From: Schmidtea polychroa
Lineage: Eukaryota
Assembly (NCBI GenBank): GCA_044892525.1
Contig: CM097885.1
Span: 46,935,727-46,999,726, forward strand
Reading direction: 5' to 3'
DNA length: 64,000 bases
The first letter of the stretch is position 1. Each line of letters starts with the position of its first letter. Below are positions 58,626 through 64,000 of this stretch, in pieces. The notes under the pieces are model-generated. The model searched no databases. It worked only from the letters and a program-made list of their open reading frames with translations, and was not told where the DNA came from. A program made the translations under genes and the position numbers.

Positions 58626-59276
58626 CAAACTAATTTCCAAACATGTTTATGCAGATGTTTTTGAAAGTAATTAAACACCATAGATAGCGAAAGGAATGAA
58701 ATGTGATAACAACAATGACAGTACAACTCAACTGAATACATTAGATCCTCAGAAAGCAGTAGGTAGGCGTGAGCCTCTGACACAAAGCGTTCTGATTGAA
58801 TGACGAATAGCATAACTTATCCGATTGATGACTTCTCGGATAAAGGATGAGTTAGTTGTCATTTTGATGCGTGATATGTCTTTGTGTGATTCATGATATG
58901 ACTCAAACACTTGTTCAAAGAGGTCGTCAGTTGAAGATCATGAGTCACATTTTTTTAACAAAGACCTCCGGTTGTATGACTTATTAAATCATGACTCACA
59001 CTTGTTTTCAAAAATTCGTCTAAATTCATTTGGACTTTCTTTCAAAAAATTTTTAATTGAAAAACTTTTAACAATTTATTTTTTCTCAATTTTTTGCAAA
59101 GTTATTTTAAATACAGGATATTTTATAAAATTATTATTTTGGAAAATTGCTTTTTAAATTCATTAGCAAAATGTGTTAACCATGCTCTAGTCTTGCAGAT
59201 GTTTTTTTTAATCATGCTTTTGTATTGCACATATCTTTGTTATTCATACATTTTAGTTATACATTAAAACTCATTA

Positions 59277-59329
<53 letters not shown>

Positions 59330-59952
59330 ACTTTTATCATTTTTATTATCATTATTATATCACCAAAAACTCATTATTTTAAAATACTGCAACGTAAAAT
59401 ATTCCTAAAATACTGCAACTTAATAATACACTCGTTGTATTGAAAGCGTTAATTTTTAATGTTTATAAAAAAAATTTTCGATATATATTCTTACATATTC
59501 TTAAAATGTTAGAAGTTCAAAAAAATTATAAAATAAAGGTTTTTTTATAAGCATAAAACAATTTAACTTTCAAAAAAAAGAAATAAATCTGCAAGTACCA
59601 ACGAATTTTCAACCTTATTCTTGATTTCATCAATTTGAAGGCGAATATCCTCGATTGGAATGTTCATCATGTTTTCTTCAGCTTTCTTGGTTGATTCTCT
59701 TTTTATTTCTAATAATAATAATCTAAATACATAATTCTACATGTATTATGAAATAACGCTTAATTAAAATCACCAAATGGCAAATTTTACTATAACTTTT
59801 AATTTTTATTGACAACATGGCATTTTTATTTTAATGTTATCTGAAAGATGCATAATTTGTTTAATTTGGACCAATAATTTGGTGAACTGGAAATAAAAGT
59901 GAAATGGATAGTTATTTTATCAATTCCTAATGGTACTCATTTTTTCATGATT

Positions 59953-59979
59953 CCGTCATTTTTGACGTGTTATAGCTAG
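59953..59979 (+). mobile_element. Helitron-like 3' end (related inverted copy at 62136-62160, similar end at ~48780-48806)
   Basis: CGTCA-TTTT-TGACG hairpin followed by TATAGCTAG|T. Confidence 0.55.
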
Positions 59980-60738
59980 TAATATTAAAATTAAACTAAT
60001 TTTTTTTACTTTCATAACTTTTGATCTTCTCAGCAGCATCGTTGTTTGTGTTGTTTATCTTGTAAAATATGAAGTACAAGTAAAATGAACAGTGATATTT
60101 ATCTAATTTTTGTTTCGAATTTCCATCAGAGTATCCTCTTTATTGCATTGACAAATAAATTTATTGTGATGGGTCTTTACACCTTTCGAATACAAAGAAC
60201 CAATACATAATTACTAACCCAACACTACTATCTTAGAACACTTTGTGACAGAAAATATTATTAATAATATCGAAATTAAATAAAAAAAATTTTTATTATA
60301 ATTTCCAGCAGTTTGTCCAAAATTGAATTATCAATAAATGCTGCCACACGATTAATAGAAATTAATTATAACAAGTCACGAAATCCCAATTATCCCAAAT
60401 TGCGGAATGAACTGCATTCTCGACAATTTTCACTGCGCCATTAGACAAATCAAAAAAAATAATTCATATATGACAAAGAAAACATTATAAACCAAACAAA
60501 AACGAAATATACTTTTTAATTTCAGATAAATTTATTAATTGTCTGAAAAATTCCAAAAATGTAATGAAAAATACTTGCATTCAAATTGTGCTGAAATTTC
60601 CAAAACAAAGGCAAGCGGATTTGTTGTAGAATTTGTAGTACAGTTCACGCACACTAACTGGATTCTGATTGGCTGTCATCGTAATGTAGTCTAAACCAAT
60701 TCATTTGTTGAAATCATTTGTTGTAATCATTTGTTGAA

Positions 60739-61980
60739 ATGAAAAATATAATTTTCAAAATAATGAATCGTCTGATCAGGAATCGTGATATTTTAGTCAT
60801 TTTGCTGGTAATCGTTATTATTTGTTTATTCAATTTTCACTTCAGACAAGGAGATCGTTCAGCTTCAAATCAACAACAGAAACTTCAGTCGTTGATTTAC
60901 AAATCGAAACCGAATATCATTTCTAAACTTAACAATGAAGATCACTTCAATAATTATAATTCTTTACTAAATCAATCCAATAATTTCCCAATCAATCAAA
61001 CGTCTAATCTGACTAATTCTGTAATAGAATTGTCAACAGTTTTGCCTTCATTTGTTGATCTGAAACGAGAACTAATCAATGAATTAAATTCAGCGAAAGA
61101 TTATCGCAAAATCTGCAGTAATAATAAATCCCCAAATGTCAATTTTACAATTGATGAAAGCCTCTTCAATTCCAACGATGTCGATTGTCCGAGTGGGTCT
61201 TTTATTGTTTTTCTAGTGGTTTCAAATGTAGATAATTTTGAAATGAGAGAAAAAATTAGACAGTCTTGGAGTGCGGTTCGTCAAATGCACGAATCGAAAT
61301 TGAATACTTTGTTTTTCGTCTACTCAGACGAACCATTGACAGATAAACAGAAAGCAGCAATGAAAAAAGAAAACGAACAATACTACGATGTGGTTTATTT
61401 TCCAGTTCCATTTTCACAGAAAACCAAATTGGAGTTCTACTTGAAAATACTTCAGTTTTCCGTTTTGTCCTGTATGAAATCTGAATATTTTGTGTTGTTG
61501 AATGATGGAGTTTTCGTTAATTTGCCCACTCTGTTCGAATCTATATTGACGAATAAAGACATCAAATCGACAAATGATAGGAAATCTTTAATGCTTTGTA
61601 AAGTGAATAAAAACACCATTGCTGTTAGAAATAAAAAAAGCCCCTGGTATGTATCGAATCAGGAGTGGCCAGAGAAGCATTATCCCGCCTATTGTGATCT
61701 GACCAATGGAATTATCATGTCTCAATATGTAGTACGCGATCTACTGATGTGTTCATATTACTCGAACAAGCTCTGGATCAATGACATTTTTTTGACTGGA
61801 ATTTTGCCGCAAAAATTATCAATTAAAGTCGAAGCATTTATGGAAGATTTCTCGTCGAATTTTATGAAAACTCATTATGTTTATGACGATTTATCACGAA
61901 GTATTTTCTTGACTGACGGAGAGCCATTTAATTCTAGAACATGGCGTTTACTTTTCAGTAAATCATTGAGAGATTTTTAA
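60739..61980 (+). CDS. GT31 family beta-1,3-galactosyltransferase-like type II membrane protein, single coding exon
   Basis: N-terminal TM (ILVILLVIVIICLF), stem region, REKIRQSW, ENEQYYDVV, RNKKSPWYVSNQEWPEKHYPAYC and NDIFLTGIL. ATTGG (CCAAT reverse) at ~60669. Intact 413-aa ORF. Confidence 0.88.
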   Translation: MKNIIFKIMNRLIRNRDILVILLVIVIICLFNFHFRQGDRSASNQQQKLQSLIYKSKPNIISKLNNEDHFNNYNSLLNQSNNFPINQTSNLTNSVIELSTVLPSFVDLKRELINELNSAKDYRKICSNNKSPNVNFTIDESLFNSNDVDCPSGSFIVFLVVSNVDNFEMREKIRQSWSAVRQMHESKLNTLFFVYSDEPLTDKQKAAMKKENEQYYDVVYFPVPFSQKTKLEFYLKILQFSVLSCMKSEYFVLLNDGVFVNLPTLFESILTNKDIKSTNDRKSLMLCKVNKNTIAVRNKKSPWYVSNQEWPEKHYPAYCDLTNGIIMSQYVVRDLLMCSYYSNKLWINDIFLTGILPQKLSIKVEAFMEDFSSNFMKTHYVYDDLSRSIFLTDGEPFNSRTWRLLFSKSLRDF

Positions 61981-62349
61981 AATATGTGTATTTTTTATTT
62001 GATCAAATTTATAAAAAATTTATTGAAATCCAAGAAAAAAAGCAAGCTTTTGTTTAGCTGATTGCTTGGTTAGATGCCAAATTTTGTATTTCTTTTTTCA
62101 AGATTAATATTATTTTAATTGTTGTATCAATATTACTAGCTATAGCCCGTCAAAAATGATTGATTTTAGGGAATAATAATAATATTATAATTATATTTTT
62201 CAAATAAAGTGTTTTTAATTATTTCATTTATTTATTTTTTGAAAATTAAATTGCTATATTTGTATTTTAAATAAGGAAAATTATAATCAATTATAATTAT
62301 GTCATAAAACATTATTTTAGTTTTTTAAACTTCTAACGTTGTAAGAATA

Positions 62350-62639
62350 CACTCTCGGATCCAGGCCATCTAGTAAGGGGGGGGTCGATTTTTAGGTTTT
62401 AATGGCAACCGCAGGCAAACTCTCTAGTCTTCATCAAATGATTGTATTTCAAATTTCAATAATTATAAATTACTTCAAAATACAATTTACAACATATAAT
62501 CTACATTAAAATTTGAACATTTTTGTGACATTGCATACTTTCTTTATAGAGGGCTGCAAAAACGGAGTAAAAATCGCTAAAGAAATTTTTTTCCAAATAT
62601 TATAAGGGAACGATCGCTCCTCCTATGGATCCACCAGTG
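62350..62639. mobile_element. hAT-like MITE
   Basis: TIR CACTCTCGGATCCA / TGGATCCACCAGTG; TSD TAAGAATA / TAAGAAAA. Confidence 0.7.
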
Positions 62640-62803
62640 TAAGAAAATATATCGAAAGTTTTATTGCATTAAATTAAAAATTTCAATAAAATGAATTTAT
62701 TATTAAGTTGCAGTATTTTAAATTAATGCATTTTTGTATATTGTATAACAATAATAATAATTTTTATAAAAATTATAATAATAATATTATTATTTATAAT
62801 ATA

Positions 62804-63043
62804 AAGTGATGATTTCTTGGTAGCAGCATTTATTATTTAAAACAATAGAGTGATAATTTAAGCCTTTTGCTGCGAATAATGTATTTAATGAAAAAATTAT
62901 TAAATACATTAAAAATCATTAGATACATTATTCACAGCAAAAGGCTTAAATTATCACTTTATTGTTTTTATTTATAATAATAATAAAAATTATAATTTAA
63001 TTATTTAAAATTTATATATGCTGCTACGAAGAAATCATCACTT
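62804..63043. repeat. Long imperfect palindrome (foldback/MITE-like)
   Basis: AAGTGATGATTTCTTGGTAGCAGCAT pairs with ATGCTGCTACGAAGAAATCATCACTT; an inner ~50-bp arm GTGATAATTTAAGCCTTTTGCTG... pairs with ...CAGCAAAAGGCTTAAATTATCAC. Confidence 0.88.
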
Positions 63044-63086
63044 AATAATAAAAATAATAATAGTTATAATAATAATGATTAATATG

Positions 63087-64000
63087 CAGGGCTGTGCCTG
63101 GGTATATGGCCGCCTGCGTGCTAGTATGCATGGCCACCCTTTGAGATAACATCAAAATCAAAGAAAAAAATAAAATTTTCATTCTTAATGTTTATTATTA
63201 TACTTATATATCTAATGTACATGTACATATTACCATTGAATATAAAACATTAATATGTTTTGGCACATCTATAAATCTATGATATTACAATCAAAAATTT
63301 ACTGTACGCGATTTTTTAGAGGCAAATTCTTCAATCGCCCTTCAATATTTAAGGAATCAGCAATTTCACTTTCAATTGCAATAATTGATTTATTACTGAG
63401 ACGTTCTTGAGTCATTGAAGTTCTCAGGTGGTTTTTGATTATTTTTAATTTTGAAAAACTTCGCACTCCAGATGCAACAGATACTGGAACTGTCAGTAAA
63501 AGTTTTAAACTTGTGGCGACATTTGGAAAGGAAGTCTCCAAGTTGTATTTGTATAAAAACTTTATGAGTTCTTCGGGCTGCTTTCTGTCTTTTATGATAA
63601 TTTAAAGAGAAATTAACTCTTGATATAATTCTACGCCACTGATATCACAAGATTCACCATCTTTAAATTTATTATGGAGATCAAAACAACTTTTTTTATT
63701 TTCTCATGTTCCATATCAATAAATTTGTATAGAAATCCAAAACATTGTTCGAAATTTGACAAAGTTTCAAAACGGGTGGTAAGAGATGAAATAGCTGTAT
63801 CTAGTATTACATAGATAAAATTAATTTGAAAATGTTCTTTTGGAGTAAATTGAATATCTTCATCTCCTTCATAGCTAAATTGTTTTCGGTGATGTCGGAG
63901 ACGCACACTAATTTCAGCAGGAAAATCCGGTTCTGTTTCAAGTGCTTTACAAAGTTCATTAGAAATCTGCAAATAATTTTCGAAAATTTCGTCATTTCTA
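63087..64000 (-). mobile_element. hAT (Tip100/ZMYM1-like) element 3' end with frameshifted transposase; runs out of the window
   Basis: CAGGGCTGTGCC terminus. ORF pieces 63631-63972 (YVILDTAISSLTTRFE) and 63299-63541 (FPNVATSLKLLLTVPVSVASGVRSFSKLKIIKNHLRTSMTQERLS). Confidence 0.88.

Noticed and set aside
58895..59000. Three TGA(C/G)TCA AP-1-like sites ~1.8 kb upstream of the GT31 gene
   Set aside because: Short motifs next to retroelement debris and partly within a local duplication; no independent support
59953..62160. Two Helitron-like ends bracketing the GT31 gene, suggesting gene capture
   Set aside because: Both are 3' ends pointing inward from opposite strands, so the gene lies outside both elements

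Overview
Very AT-rich eukaryotic (metazoan) genomic DNA with tiny GT-AG introns (41-75 nt), many long (AAT)n microsatellites and dense transposon debris. The style suggests a planarian-like invertebrate, but that is inference only. Positions 1-4672 are the right-hand end of an apparently young Polinton/Maverick (adintovirus-like) element. It carries an uninterrupted protein-primed family-B DNA polymerase with an inserted EndoVII/HNH zinc module, then layered subterminal tandem arrays, a C13/G11 hairpin and an ...AGCTACT terminus. Manual splicing reveals host genes that the ORF track misses. The first three exons of LETM1 (minus, 9595-9040) point towards the Polinton, which therefore appears to lie in a LETM1 intron. 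A 3-exon gene (minus, 42812-36890) has an AUTS2/Fibrosin/Tay-like motif. There is also an intron-retaining MANF/ARMET pseudogene (56084-55418) and an HSP90 N-terminal pseudogene fragment (23327-23647). A single-exon GT31 beta-1,3-glycosyltransferase-like gene (60739-61980) has degenerate catalytic motifs. Other elements are an IS630/Tc1-like DD34E element with minisatellite TIRs, two MULEs, many hAT elements and MITEs with 8-bp TSDs, Tigger/pogo remnants, a TTAA MITE, Helitron ends, a Ginger-like element, Gypsy/Copia/LINE relics, and a possible second Polinton-like terminus (52940-55200) next to the MANF copy. No rRNA, tRNA or CRISPR array was seen.
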